A DNA stretch of 64,000 nucleotides, taken from positions 36,828,001-36,892,000 of the forward strand of contig CM060731.1 in the NCBI GenBank assembly GCA_030704615.1, in the 5' to 3' direction. Below, one piece after another: positions 1 through 13,300 of this stretch (position 1 is its first letter; each line of letters starts with the position of its first letter). The notes under the pieces are model-generated. The model saw only the letters and a program-made list of their open reading frames with translations, was not told where the DNA came from and did no database searches. Made by a program: the position numbers and the translations under genes. Source of the DNA: Takakia lepidozioides (lineage: Eukaryota; Plantae; Bryophyta).

Positions 1-797
1 TGGAATTCCTGCCTTATTGCAGTTACAAATCAGTTGTAAAATGATGATAATAGATTTATAGTTGTTCATAATGTCAGGATAGTGGTTGTGCATTCAATAA
101 ATATTCAATGATTGTATGATATGTACAATATAGATACTGCAAATTTAGTGTATTGTTTCCAGTTTGTGTATTACTTGGCGACCACCATCATCTATATGGA
201 AATTGTAGACTTGGAAATGAGCTGAGAAATAATTTTTTATTTTTCAGAACACAATAATGTTGTATATGTTAGTCCATGTCTATTTATATTTGGCGGATCA
301 AATGCATGCAAGCCACCCAACCACCGTACTACAACAAGTTGTTATTCTCTCTGGGGCTCTTCCTATCTATACTCAAGGTCTATACTAGAATTAGCTTAGA
401 TAACTAAGCTCAACTTCCGTTTATCTCCAAATCAGTTGAGATAACTATGCAAGACAGCCCCATCACAATGCAGACAAACACAGAGGAATATTCTTGAGCT
501 ATTTGAAGTGTTTTTCAATTTAGGAGAGGAGAATGTACAATACTTTGCAGGCTGTGACCCTTATAACGCGACAACAAAATGCAAGAGACTTGGACACTTG
601 AGGCAAATGTCTGCAGAAAGTTCAAAGAGCTTCTAGCATAAGAGAAAGCAGGAACGGAGAAAGAGAGTGGCCCACAACAAGCAGCCCAAGAGCAACAGCT
701 GTTGTATGAAGGATTGTCTAAAGATGTAACACCTCATGCAGATATGCTGCCTAGCATTTTCTGGTCATCATAGCCGAACACTTCTATAAGGGAATGG

Positions 798-1052
798 TTA
801 TCTTGGTTGCCTATTATCTTCTCTGGATCTCGTAGTAGGACAGTTAAAGAAGAAATGTTCTTCGATTTCAATTTCCCTCCCGTCATCTCTAGTGCAAGCA
901 GGGCACAAGCTGTCAGCACACTGCAGGTTGTCCCACCTTCCAGCCTCTATCTGCAGACCATGGGAGCCCACCCTACATCTTCCCAAAAAAGGGGAGATAA
1001 GAGTTGAAGACAAGTAAATAGGGTGTAAGATTCTATTATCACGGAGGACCAA
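798..1052 (-). mobile_element. Degenerate non-LTR retrotransposon (LINE) 3' remnant, C-terminal CCHC zinc-finger region
   Basis: The translation RVGSHGLQIEAGRW...LCPAC...IEIEEHFFFNCP matches the post-RT 'R.GSH.L.IE.GRW...C..C...E.EEHF.F.CP' signature of LINE ORF2. It lies just downstream of the Kir-like stop codon. Confidence 0.7.
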
Positions 1053-1321
1053 GAATGTCTCCTGATAGAACTAAAGCTGATGTGAGATATTCTTACACTA
1101 TTCACAGTTGTATGCGGAACTGTTTTAAGACGGTTTCCAGGTCCACCTAATGTGAAGTTCCATCAGCTCCCGCCTCATGAGTTCACTGCAGTCGTGCTGG
1201 GACAAAATTTCCAAACCCTCTGTATGCTGTGGCAGTAGCAAAGCAACGGACAGTCGGTGCATTGAAAGAAGGGGGGCAAACTTAATCCACAAAAGTACCT
1301 GAAGGCAGAGTCACCTTCTAC

Positions 1322-4300
1322 CTACACAGGTCTCCATGAGCTAAGCTTGGAATGATCCACAATGCGCTTGTTTTTCTTGCTTATGAGAATCATGTCTTCA
1401 AACTCAGCATCCCAGATGATATGATCATCACAGACACAATAGTGCTGCACGTGGAACACTGATTGCATGGATGATCTTTCCAGCCCAACCTGCAAATACC
1501 AATCCTAGTCTTTCAGGTTCTTTGAAAAGTTACTAACTACTGGATTTGAGGAGATTCTCCCAAGACTTTTCCCAAAGGACCTTGATAATAAATGCATACG
1601 GCTTGATTGTTGTCCACATGACACTTACCAACTGAGAGTGAACCCTGGGGTTATGACCACCCAAAATACTAACCTAAGCCCAAATGTGCCCTCGTATTAA
1701 CACAAATTTGAGGACAATCAGACTACATGACTTTGACTGTCGATTTCAGAAAGCATGAAGCGAAACAGAAAACATGATCTTGAATCATAGCTATTCAATG
1801 GAGCAAGAAAGATTACTTACAACACTCAAAGTGAAGATAGCATCTTCCTTGCGCAGCATTTCAGGGCTCCGTCGGTAGAGAGGGCTTGTATCGTCAATGA
1901 TGTGGCGAATTAGCATTCCATGATTAAGGTAGGCAATCTCTGGCCGGACCTGTACAAGGCCATGAAACATCTACCCGACAATCAGATCAGTGTCTGCTGG
2001 ATGCTATCTACCTCCCCTTGCCTGCTTTGTCATACATCTAGTTGCTTACATTTATTCGAGAACAGGATGATTGTCGTGCTATTTGAGGTCTTGCAGGAAC
2101 ATACCATCCACCATTGCAACTTGGAACAGCCTTCACTGTTGCCCGGTTGTCTTCATTAAGAACTCAACCTACTCTATTCCTATCTCATCTCACATGTCAA
2201 CTCTAGGTCATGGGACATATGGTGTTCCAATGTGCAAGTAAACTGAAAGGAAACACAATCATTACCAGCTTCAGCGATTGGGTAGCGCGGAAGTAAGTTC
2301 CAGATCTCGTCATAGTATTGTACTTGTACGTCAAATCCACTTTCACATCCACAAGTTCACAGGGCTTGGGCCCAGCCAACACATATCTAGCCATCAACAC
2401 TCTGAACTCCAAAAACAGGACAATACAAGCTGATGAGAGTTCACTCCAACACTAGTGTCAGTGATGCTTCGAAAAAGTTGCATATGTAGTGCCGAAGTGA
2501 GTAAGTTACGGCACTAATACGCTGCTACCCTCATCACCCATGACCACAATTATCATCACCTGACACAATTGTATACTGGCCCCAGTTGGATTTGAACATA
2601 CTTTGTGCTTGAAGATAATTGTTGCGATTTGAAAGGAAGGACACTTAGAAAAGACAGTTCTTGTCACTGAATCACAGCAGTATTTGTCAATGATAAAGAG
2701 ATACCATTGCACATTTCAAGGACATTATAAACTCAGTTCTTTGTTTCTATCTTTTCCAGATGGGGTGCCTTGCAGAGGCAAAAGCAGCATAGTCAGACAC
2801 CACTGATAACCTTCCAGCACAGTTTGTGAAACAGACAGACATGTGACAATTCGCAACTCAAGACGCTCCGTCAAAGAGCCAAACTGCCCATGACTTCAAG
2901 ATTATGCATCACTTACTTGGTGGGAGAGGTATCTGCTCGTCGCCTGCGCTGTGCAAGAGACGAACACACCAGTGCTACAGTTGAGCACCGAACTGGTTGT
3001 GAGGGCTGTGACAACCTTGCAAACACTGGCACATTTAAGAAGTTAGACATTGTACACATGACGCACTACCGAAATAACATTCAAATGTGGAAACCCAGCA
3101 GATTCCATCTCAATATTGTAGTAGGCAAGAGAGAGAAAGAGACCAGGAGAAGTCACATGTTACTACTATGTCCATGAATGCAAAGAGATTGCAGACAATT
3201 GGGATTACCTGCACCACTGAGGAAGACGAAGATAAGCTGTGCAAACAGCGCATTGATGTTGGCAACCACCAGTGTATAGGGGGAGAGAGGAGCCAGCTCA
3301 GGCTGCAGACCAGTAGACAGAGAGAGGCTAAACATGAAAACCTGGAAAAGATTCATCACTGTCAACTCAAGGCCCATCCGTGTTGCATCCTCTCCTGAAG
3401 ACAAAAGAGTAGCAGTTAGAAACAACCTTTAATAACAGAGGTTGCAGCACAAACAAAAAGAGGAATGTCACAGAAAGGATGGAAATGGCTTTGCAAATTT
3501 CTTGGGAGTATTACTTTAAAGCCAGACAAAAAAGAAAAATCCATCTGCACTGAGCAGAAGTAGTATGACTAGATTAATAACTCTAACAGCTAAGTAATGC
3601 CAGTCCCATGAGGAATATAGGCACATTATCCCACCTGACATCCCAATCAGCAGCACTGCTGACAAAACTTAAACAGGTAAGACAACATATATTGATTCTA
3701 AGGTACAGACCAGCTGCTGAGTTGAAGTTGCGCGCCGTCTCATCCAATGCCAGGCCTTGAAAGTCCGGCAAGTAGAAGACAGTGAAAACCACGCTCAATA
3801 ATATGGGTGCAGCGAACATTCCACTGGCAAATTGCGGCAGAGGCTTCTTCAGCATGAAAATGTAAAAATCATAAAGTGTGGTCAAAATCCCCTCCTCCTC
3901 TTGCAGAATATCAAAGTTTTCAAGTCCTTTCATTCCTCGAAATTCAGGGGCATCTGAAGTTTTGAAGGCCTCAAACTCATCATCACTGTCAGTGTCACTG
4001 TCTTCATCGGGAGTTAGAAAGTCAACAATTGAACTGGAAACTTGGGCCGCTGTGGAAGAGACCTGGGCTGCAGTCGAGGAAACTGACTCAGATACTTGCA
4101 CTGCACTTGATGTGACTGACTCTGTCACTTGTGCTGCTGTTGAAGTCACTGACTCGGACACCTGGGCTGCAGTAGCACTAACTTTCTCAGCAACCTGTAG
4201 AACTTTTGCATCCACATGAGATGACATCTGCATTGTCGCACAAAGCATCCATCCAACATCAGTAGTTTTAACAGAGCAGAAACGTTGTTGTCACTGGGAA

Positions 4301-6483
4301 GGAAAATAAATGTAAATGCTTCCATTCACTACTAGGTGTGGAGGACCTGAGGGAGAAATTTCTCCCTTTATCTTCCTATCCGTGGTTCTAACCGTTTAGT
4401 GTGTGTCACATGGGCCCAACACAACAACAGGTCACAAACTCTGAATTGCTTTGGAAATACCATCGTTGAGTATTGTTCAACCATTGTAAACAGCTACCAG
4501 ACCGGAGCTGGTTGTAGGAAATCAATGTTTGCAACCACAGGTTTCTTCACTACTACCCCTCTGCCTCCCACAAACTCGCACCTGTTCTTGGAGGTTGATG
4601 AGCTTGTCCGTTGTTCTTGACACCGATTCAGCCACCTGTCCAGCCTGTTCTACCACAGAGTCAGGCAATGCATCACTGGCCTGGTCCACCAAGTTCTGCC
4701 CTATTTGCGCAACCTGTCCTGCAACATATAACATATGTTCCGATACGTGGGTGCGAAGATCCACTACCTGTTCCACAACTTGACCAACTTGCTCAATGAC
4801 CACGTCAGGGAGAGCTTCCACAACTGGCTCTACCACTTGGCTTCTGATAAGTTGCGAGGCTTCTACTACGACTTTCGTTGGGATTTCGGCCACTTTCGCA
4901 GGAAGATCCTTGACAAGTTTCAGGGGAGGAGGAACAGAGAATTGAACTGTGGGTGCCAAGCTTGCATGAGTGTTGGCGGTGACAACAGCACTGGCAGCAG
5001 GACTCCCAATCACATCAGCGCCAGGAGCACTACAATCAGTGACACTGCTCCTTACATCAGGTGTAAGAGCACTGACCTCTGACAAATGCCATGATGTCTC
5101 TTTTTCAGCAGACTTTGGATGTGCTGGCCTTGGCCCTTCATCCAGTATCTTTGGTCTTACAAGCTGCAATAAGTCCTCATCTGTGGCAATACTTTCAACC
5201 TTCGAAGTGTCATGGTTCTCTTTCTCCCGTGGACTTAATCTGAGGTGAATGTGCCCATTGCTACAGTTTATATCACATTGGAGTGCTTTCATATTGGTTG
5301 CGACCTCCTCCAATGTTCCCTCCACACTCTGAACATGTATGGAGGAAAGTGACCCTTGTAATTCTGCAGGCCGCTCAGCTTCCCCAGTAGTTACCCTCAC
5401 ATGTGCCTTATCTGTCATTGATTCAAGCCCTGAAATGAATCAGACAAACCATTCCATCTAAACATATTAATTGTTATGATGACAGGAATATGATGCAAAA
5501 AAATGCTGTCTAACACCATAGGATCTCCCTCCAACCCATACTGGAAGTGCAACTGCCTCATTAAACAGCAGGAAACTGCTCAAACTCGCCATTCATCATC
5601 TCTCAGGTTTGCTATATAATTTCATATTTACATTGTTGGTGGAAAATGTGTTTCATCTGCGGCTGAAACACATTTTGGCAACAAGGTGAGTGCACTGACC
5701 TTTTGGATTCCTCTTCAACTTCTCTTTGCGACCGTCCCCTTCTTGGCCAACACCGACACCAGCAACTTCCAATTCCTTTTGTTTCTCATGTTGCAGTTGT
5801 AAATCATACTTCGACGACAAATGTGCCCACCCTGCATCTTGTGTTATCAATCCATGGCCACTCTCAATATATGGGGTACTTTCTTTCGATTCTTCACTTT
5901 GTTGTGATTGTTCACTTTCAAAAATATTGGGATCTGTGAGGATGGTTGCAGCAACAGGTGCAACCTCTTCTGGATAGACAATGAGTGACTCATCATCTGG
6001 ACTGAGAGGCTGCTTCCTTTTCCTTCCACGGCTATTTCTTCTCTGCATCTGAGCAGGCTTTGTGCTGCCTTTCTTAGGTGCATCCGAGTGAGACTCACCC
6101 TGAGTATTGGTGCCCAGGCAAACATCAGCAATCTCCTTGCTAGAATCACTATGGACACTTCCATTGTCATTGTCACTCATGGTGTTTTCCTGAGAGCTCA
6201 ACCTTCCTAGCCTCTCATTCTCCCAGACTTTCACCTGATCCTCTGCAAAGCTCAGCTCTCCTAACCCTTCTCCAGCAGCCACAGAGTTTCCTTTCCAATC
6301 TGGTTTCTGCAACTCAGATGCCCTTTGAACAATTGACCCGTCTATATTGCACCTGGGAGCTATCCCGTCGTCGTGAAATAGGTCGACATAGTCTGCTTGA
6401 GAGCTGTCGTTGTAAGCATCATCCACAACATCACCGTAAGAAGTCCTGACAACTGGCCCCTTTTCTACGAATTTCTCCTGCAT
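1322..6483 (-). CDS. Inward-rectifier K+ channel (Kir/KirBac, IRK + IRK_C)-like protein, ~950 aa, with a non-canonical pore
   Basis: GT-AG exons, phases all compatible: 6483-5700, 5429-4582, 4227 (alternatively 4194)-3711, 3394-3209, 3025-2917, 2401-2266, 1949-1821, 1489-1322, giving 958 (or 947) aa. There is an in-frame TGA just upstream of ATG 6483. The C-terminal third follows KirBac order: slide helix/TM1 TLYDFYIFMLKKPLPQF...VFTVFYL, pore helix VFMFSLSLSTGLQPELAP, TM2 ending SGAVFARLSQP, VLMARY, LKLVRPE, RHIIDDTSPLY, VVGLERSSMQSV, IIWDAEFEDMI, IVDHSKL. Confidence 0.85.
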
Positions 6484-8919
6484 GCAGGTAGACCTTCAAA
6501 TATTCAGAAACCTCTGGAAACTTGAACAAGGCTTATGTATCACTCTACACATACAGAAGTCCGGCACAGGATTTCAGTCTTGTGCATAGAAGAATCCTCC
6601 TGACTGTCCATAACACTTATCAGAAACACAGCTCTTACTCACCTGTTTGAGCGGATCCTGCTGGACTTAGCAAGGTAGTTATAGCAACTACTACCATGGT
6701 ACTTCTCTCACAACTCAGCCAGACATGGACAAGCAATAGTGGAAGACTCCGGACAGTAGCCGGTTTGATTCTAAGGATCCCATAGGGTACTTGTCTACAC
6801 AGACAAATGTGAAGTCATCATTCCGACAGGAGTCAGGGAAAGGAGGCTACAGACAACTTTTATGCCAAAGTCCCCAGAACTGAATCCCTCCACAACTACC
6901 AAGCCACCTCACTCTCAATTGAAGATTAATGTACTCTGGCCAGAACATTATTGCAGGCCTATATCCATGATGTTGAAGCACAGAACACAATTCCCACTCC
7001 ATAAGGAATTAGTTCACAGAACCCAAAGATATCATAGAAGGCATTGCAGTCAAAAGGGCTTGGTTACTATTGAGAAGGGATAGGAGAGAAAGGCAGAGAG
7101 TACAGAAAACCAGAGGGAAAACGAAATCTGCCACATATAAGGCACTAGCCTTCACCAACAGAAAGAAAGTAATCCTTGTGAACTTACTGTGTCACTTTCA
7201 TTGCTGCTAGAATTGGCATCATCACCATCGTCTACTTGGGAGGGTTTCCTTCTTCTTCCCTTTTTAGACCTACATCCATGTACCGCACCTGACGAAACTC
7301 TCCCCAGTCCAGCATTGGTGACAATCCTCTGCTGTCTGCCGTCACTGGATTCTCCCCTCCTACCTAGGCTTACATTGCCTTGCTTCTGATTCAGCAGGAG
7401 TCTAAAGGTTGTGATTGAATACGGTTGAGCTTTATTATGCAAAGACACTCTAGGTGCAACAAATATTAAGGTCATAGAAGACATTGCATCTGATGCAGAA
7501 ACGGACCAGGAGAATAATTCAATGCACAAACAAATTAAACATATCCATCTGTTGAAGCAAGAGACATTTGGGACTTTCAGTGACAAATCCTACACCACGG
7601 TTCTATCTGTAAACTTCGGGGCCCAGAGGAATAAACAACGATAGCAGAACAATTTGTCCGATGGAATGTTCAGACATACGAAATACTATTCTTCATGGAG
7701 GAACAGGTTCCATATTAATAAGTATGACATCTTGAAAGGAGGGACGACTGTGACATATCACGCAGTAACTTCCTTCTTATTTTTAAGCATACATTTCAAC
7801 TCCTTCCTTGCAGACAGCTCCAGACCGAGTCAATGATCTATTAGAAGAAGAAATGTGAAAACTGTCCATAAATATGTACGAAGTCCTCATATTCAATTAT
7901 AAATGTGTTTAATGCTGAGCTGAGGCAAGTGGCATTCAACAGTCTGCTGGACGTGTTCATCTTCCTTTCATGTTAGAGGACCAGCTCTTGAAACTTGTCG
8001 GGACGGCATCTGCAACAATCAACGAAATATGCTTAACGAGATGAGTGCCACCTAGGGGAGGAAAGGAGCGGCTATTGGTAAGGTACTGCGAATAACATAG
8101 GCATCTAAACAGCAACGCAGTTTCCTACGTATGCTTCCTGTCTTCAGTAAGACAACCAATAGAGCCAGGTACAGTGAAGGCTTCTTGCCAGCATCAGAGA
8201 AGCCTTTGTTACTTACTTCAAAACTATAGCTCATCAAAGGATACAAATGATGGAAGTTCTCCCACACATTGACAAGACCATAATTAGTCAACAGTAAGAC
8301 CTCTGCCCGAGCCCTAGTTGCTAGAAGGCATCTACATGTAAGAATGCATCCTGTCTCCTCCACTGAAGGAAAAAGAACTCTACTGGTATCAACACTAATT
8401 TATCTTATGTCTTTTTCCTACGCTAGCTGCACCATATGTCAGATCTATCAGAATGACGACCACCATAAAACACTGTAACTGAATGAAGAGGTGCTCATGA
8501 ACTATTAACCGACCACAAGCAGCATCAGATTCAAGACACGAGGCAAGTACCTGTCGCCCGAACAGCCAACAAATTGCAACCTCAACGGTTCATCGTCCTT
8601 CATGCGAGTTGGTAATCAGCTCTACTTCACCTTCACACAGCTACTGGAACTCCTTGCCAACAGACCAAACACAACTCTTCCATAGAATTTGCCGTAATGC
8701 AGTAAGCTCTACAAGACCAAGGATTTTGCCAGCAACAGTGCTGCTCCATTTCTTGAAAGGTCTAATATCCTGTCCTCCACAAGGAACCCGATGTAGAATT
8801 GTACGCCTCTTCTCTTCGCAAACAGCCGAATTCTCCGTACCATGTAAGCAGGCGAAGGATCTGATAGCAGGAAAGGATCGCAGAGCAGGTCAGGCATAGA
8901 GCAAGCTCCAGAGACTCTA

Positions 8920-9300
8920 GGGGGAGCACGTGGAGGGCCTGCCATGGCGCCGCTGTCATATCGTTACCAAAAGGCCCCGCACGCCTCCGCTTACCGTCCG
9001 TTACACGATGGCTTGCCGTTTAGGGTGCCATTCCGTTAGGGTAAGGAATAAAAGGCCAGAAGGCCACCAGTCTGCTCACCACGTGGCAGAAGAAAAGTCC
9101 AAATATGTCTATCCACCAGTGCTTCCACGCCACGTGGCTACATAAAGGTCAAGCGGTAGCCTGTGGGGATGCGACACCCGTGTGGGTGAAGTGCCACGCT
9201 TCATAGATTCGGACCTACTTTCGTCTCGGTGCTGCGATAGATCGGATCTGGCCATTGGTGAAGAAGATGAGTGGCTTGTAATTTGATGGATTATGGGCCC
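8920..9300 (-). promoter_or_regulatory. Putative promoter of the Kir-like gene: G-box/ABRE cluster with telo-box-like and site II-like motifs
   Basis: CACGTG at 8927, 9080 and 9131 (the last within the perfect palindrome GCCACGTGGC, 9129-9138). TTAGGG motifs near 9020 and 9035, TGGGCC near 9247 and 9294. A minus-strand 5'UTR exon donor (CAG|gtactt) is at 8550. Confidence 0.5.
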
Positions 9301-10313
9301 GGACCGTGATCCAGTCTCAAATCGACAGAGCTTTTTCATGTTTCTTTACTGATGCTATTGATTTTCGCGTTGCAGCTTCACATCATGAGTAAGAATTTTC
9401 TACATGTTTCTGTAGCTGCTGAAGTCATATATGTTCCGGGGTGATAGAGCCAGTGAATAGCTACTGGTAAGCATGTACTGCATGTGGTTGCAGCTTCTCC
9501 ACTGATAGGAAGTGAATGTTGAAAGGATTGTGAGCTGGATACCGTGGGACCCAGCTAACTAATGTTGCCCATTGAGTATATCCCCATTCCCACTGTTAAA
9601 GTTCAAACACTTTGAAATGAGTTGCTGGCACGTGAAACCATCCTCGACAGACGCCCAGCAACCGTCGAACCAGCTTCAGCTACCATCAACACATCCTGGG
9701 AACAAGTGAGAAGTTTGAGATCATACTTATACCTTCATGAGACATCCACTCAGTGTTGAAGTAAGATCGTCCCTGGAGCTCTCGCTTTGCCTACAAGAGC
9801 AGGATATTAGCGTTGCTTTCTGATGGAATGCAATGCTGGTATTGTGCATGTCAACTTGTGTTTCGAAGATAAAAGTTGTCCTAGTTCTGGTGAAGATTGA
9901 ACGATGCAAAGCATGAGTGGAATGTTCCTTTGCACATCTGATGGTGTTGTAGGTAATGAATAATTCATTCGTACTCATTGAGTCAAAATGGAATTCAGAG
10001 CATCACCAAAGTGGAAGGGTGGAAGAGAATTGAAGTGTATGATAATGGTCAAGTCAGCATCGAGGCACAGGAGTTGTGTGAAGCTGGATTGAGAAATGAT
10101 AGAAACAACCAAGGGCCTCTATTTGTAGGAGACGAGAGTCAATGTTCTTGACTCATTTGTGCTCACACCGAGGAAGAAATGCACTTCTATATTGAGAAGG
10201 CATAATTGAAGGAATGTAAGGAGGAAACCATGTTTTATGAAAAGGCCGATTGTAGATAAGGGGACATACATGTTATTAATGGCCGGTGTATGTGAGCAGT
10301 GAGGTGATGTTGT

Positions 10314-13300
10314 TTAGGCACAGGCTCCTCTCAGCGCTTCACTCACATTCCTGCACTCCCTCTTAGGCCTCTTTGGACTTCTGTCTGGAGGCAATGAATT
10401 ATCTTCTTCCTTATTAGCTTCTACTTCTGAACATTGTTTATTTGATATTTTGAGGCAATTGGCAGCACTGTAGTCCAACACTGCATCTTGAGGCCTTGTT
10501 TCCAGGGGTGCATCTTTGTTGTTTAGAAGAGACTCAGTGCTCTCTTTAACACTGTCTTTGATAGCTGTTTGGCTGGGTGCATCCTCCTTGAAAGACTGGT
10601 TTCTGCCACTAGGATCCTGCTGATTTGACAAACCCACATCCTGAACTTTGTGCGTTGAATTGACTACCTTGGTTGCCTCAGTAGTTTTCTTGGATGAGAA
10701 GACAGAGGTTTCATTGTCACGGCTGTCGACGTTGTTGAGGTCAAGGTCAAAACGAGTGCAAGGGCTGTGATACTTCGACCGCCATCCACGTGAGTAGAGG
10801 CGCTTGTACAAATCTGCTGTCCTCACCACGGGAGAATGCTGCTGGACAAACGAGAAAACAGAGAAATAACATGGAGGATTTCAATGGCAGTATAGAGCAA
10901 CTTACTTCTCAACATGTGCTCTGTAGGACATGATAGATGGTGGCAGAGGGTCGCCACATTTATTCAATTTCTTTGCACTAGGGTTGATTAGGGGCTCGAT
11001 ATTCTTTCCAGCTGGAAGTTTCATTGCCGAACCTACCTGGTGTGGAACTTCTCAATTAGAAGCCAGTTTATGTAAGGTGATACAACATTGTTAACATCCA
11101 CAAAAACTAGGCTTTCATTTGATAAAGAGTGACAGATGGTAACTTGCAACATGGATTTGACCCACTTGTTGACTTAGAGCCTACCTGAGCAGGACTCCCA
11201 TGAACCAGCTGGTCCATTTCTTGCTGCAGTTTGGTAACTTCAGAACGCATGTAGGCCTCAGTTAACTCTTCCATGCCAGCTCCTTGTCCAACTGCAATTG
11301 TATGCTCCAAGCCATGTATAGTACTCTCCAAACTCCGGACCTGAAACAGTCAAGTTTATTCAACTTTTATGAAGACTCTAGAAGACAACCTTGGAACTGC
11401 GACATGCTTGCCATGCTACAGTTGTAAATCTATCTCCCTAGCAGCCTCTTAAAAAAACAGAGGGTACTGTAATGGCTAGGAAAGAAGTTTGACTGGTGAC
11501 AATGAAGCTCTACCTTGCGGCCAGGCCATCGCTTGAGTCCAAACTTCCTACATGCTTTTTTCAGTGTTGTCTGAGAGACTCCAAGCTTCTTGGCAGCATC
11601 AACAACGCTAAGATGAAAATGAGCAGACAAGTCAGACATTTTCAAGTGATGTGTTCCAACTCCCTGCAGATTCCATTTTTCACAGATTAGAGTAAACATT
11701 CATCTTTCAAAATGATGAAAGCTTCATCTTTACTTGAATCTGCTATGACTCATTTACTACAACAAACATTGCAGAAGCCTTCTTAATCATTCAAAAGAGA
11801 TGGAAAGTTGGTTTCAAGCATTCTATCTGAAAAATAAACAACTGGGTAGTCAAAGCTCTTCCTCGATTAATCTTGATTTACAGTTGTCCAGATCTTCACC
11901 AGCATAGGCAAACAAGAAAGAAACCCAGAAGCTGATGTGAAACAAGACGTCCAAAGATGTGCAAGATTCAAACTACCTATAAGCTTCTGGCACGCACCGT
12001 TTTACTTCGCCTGTTCACCAGGAATATTAATTCTGAGCGACCATTGACTTGTTCATCAAAGCCTTCAGTTGATGGAGCTGCTGCTGTGTTTATGTTGGCA
12101 GACGAAGATGACTCATCCTTGTCATGAGATTCACTGACTGATGCTTTCAGGTTTGCTGGTGCCAGTATTGGAGACGCACTGTTTTCAAGGAGATCTTCTG
12201 CAGCTTGCAGGTAACTCTTATGCATTGGCAGCTCCAGATACTGACAACTGCTTGGATCTGGTGGTTTGCTACTGGTTGGCCCCACTTCTTTGCTGGCCCT
12301 GTTGCCTGGTGGGGACATCGGTGCAGAGCCAGCTGATGTATGGGCGACACCAGTACTCACTGGCACAAAGGCTTTTAATTGTGATGCCAAGAATTGTGCC
12401 AGCAATGCAATATTGGGTGTTGCAGGTGTGCGGTGCATGTTAGTGGTGGGCATCACAGGCAATCGCCTTAAAAGCGCTGACGCATACGATTGAAACCCTG
12501 CATTTGTGGCAGATCTCATGCAGTGAGGAATAAGAGGGCCACTCAAGTTACCAGCACCACTTACTCGATTTGATGGCAGGGAGGACCCTCTGACAAGAAA
12601 CTGAGCAAGCTCTGCAGGACTGGGAGTTGGGCTAGAACCAAACATTGACCCCATCTCCATGCCTTTGGCACAGAGCACTACTCCTCCATTGAAGCTGCTA
12701 GATCTCAAACCCAATGCTGGAGGAAGGCCTCCTGCTTGCCGTTCACAAGCATAATCTTGTGTGAACATGCATCTATCGTCATGGAAAGTGGCAGGACTAG
12801 GGTCAGAAGGGGGGATTGTTATTTTTAGGCCTCTTCCAGCGGGTTCACAAGTTGCCTTGTAAGGTGCACCCCTGTTCTTGAGCAGCACTGGAAAAGATTT
12901 CATGCCCATTGTAGGCGAGTCTGTATCTTCTCCAGTTGGTGCAGAAGTGGGTGTGGCAAGGCTGTAGCTGCTTGGTGTATTGTTTTTTGCCTTGGGTTTT
13001 TGCAAGCTCGCTAGGGCCATAGGGGAGACTGGGCCTAGCTTTTCAGTCTCGGGACGTCCATTGCACACGGCAGGGCCTTTGGTGGAGTTTATAATAGCAA
13101 CCAAGTGTTTACTGCCCATACAAATGAGAACATCCTCAAGTGTTGCATCTACGTCAAGCTCCTCCGGTTCTGATCCATCAGCCCTAGCCAGCTGCAAACG
13201 CTGAATGCTATCACCCTCCCCAATGAAGTCTAGGCGCCGAGCATTTCTCTGGCACCAACAATCAATGAACAACTAAGTATCTTTCCAATAGAAGTGTGCA

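Noticed and set aside
7152-7586. 144-aa ORF as an additional Kir coding exon
   Set aside because: I could not link it in frame, and an in-frame stop precedes ATG 6483. It may be UTR or a uORF; unresolved.
9500-10000. Possible F-box pseudogene (VERIVSWIP)
   Set aside because: Only a few residues of resemblance and many stops, so it is not supportable.
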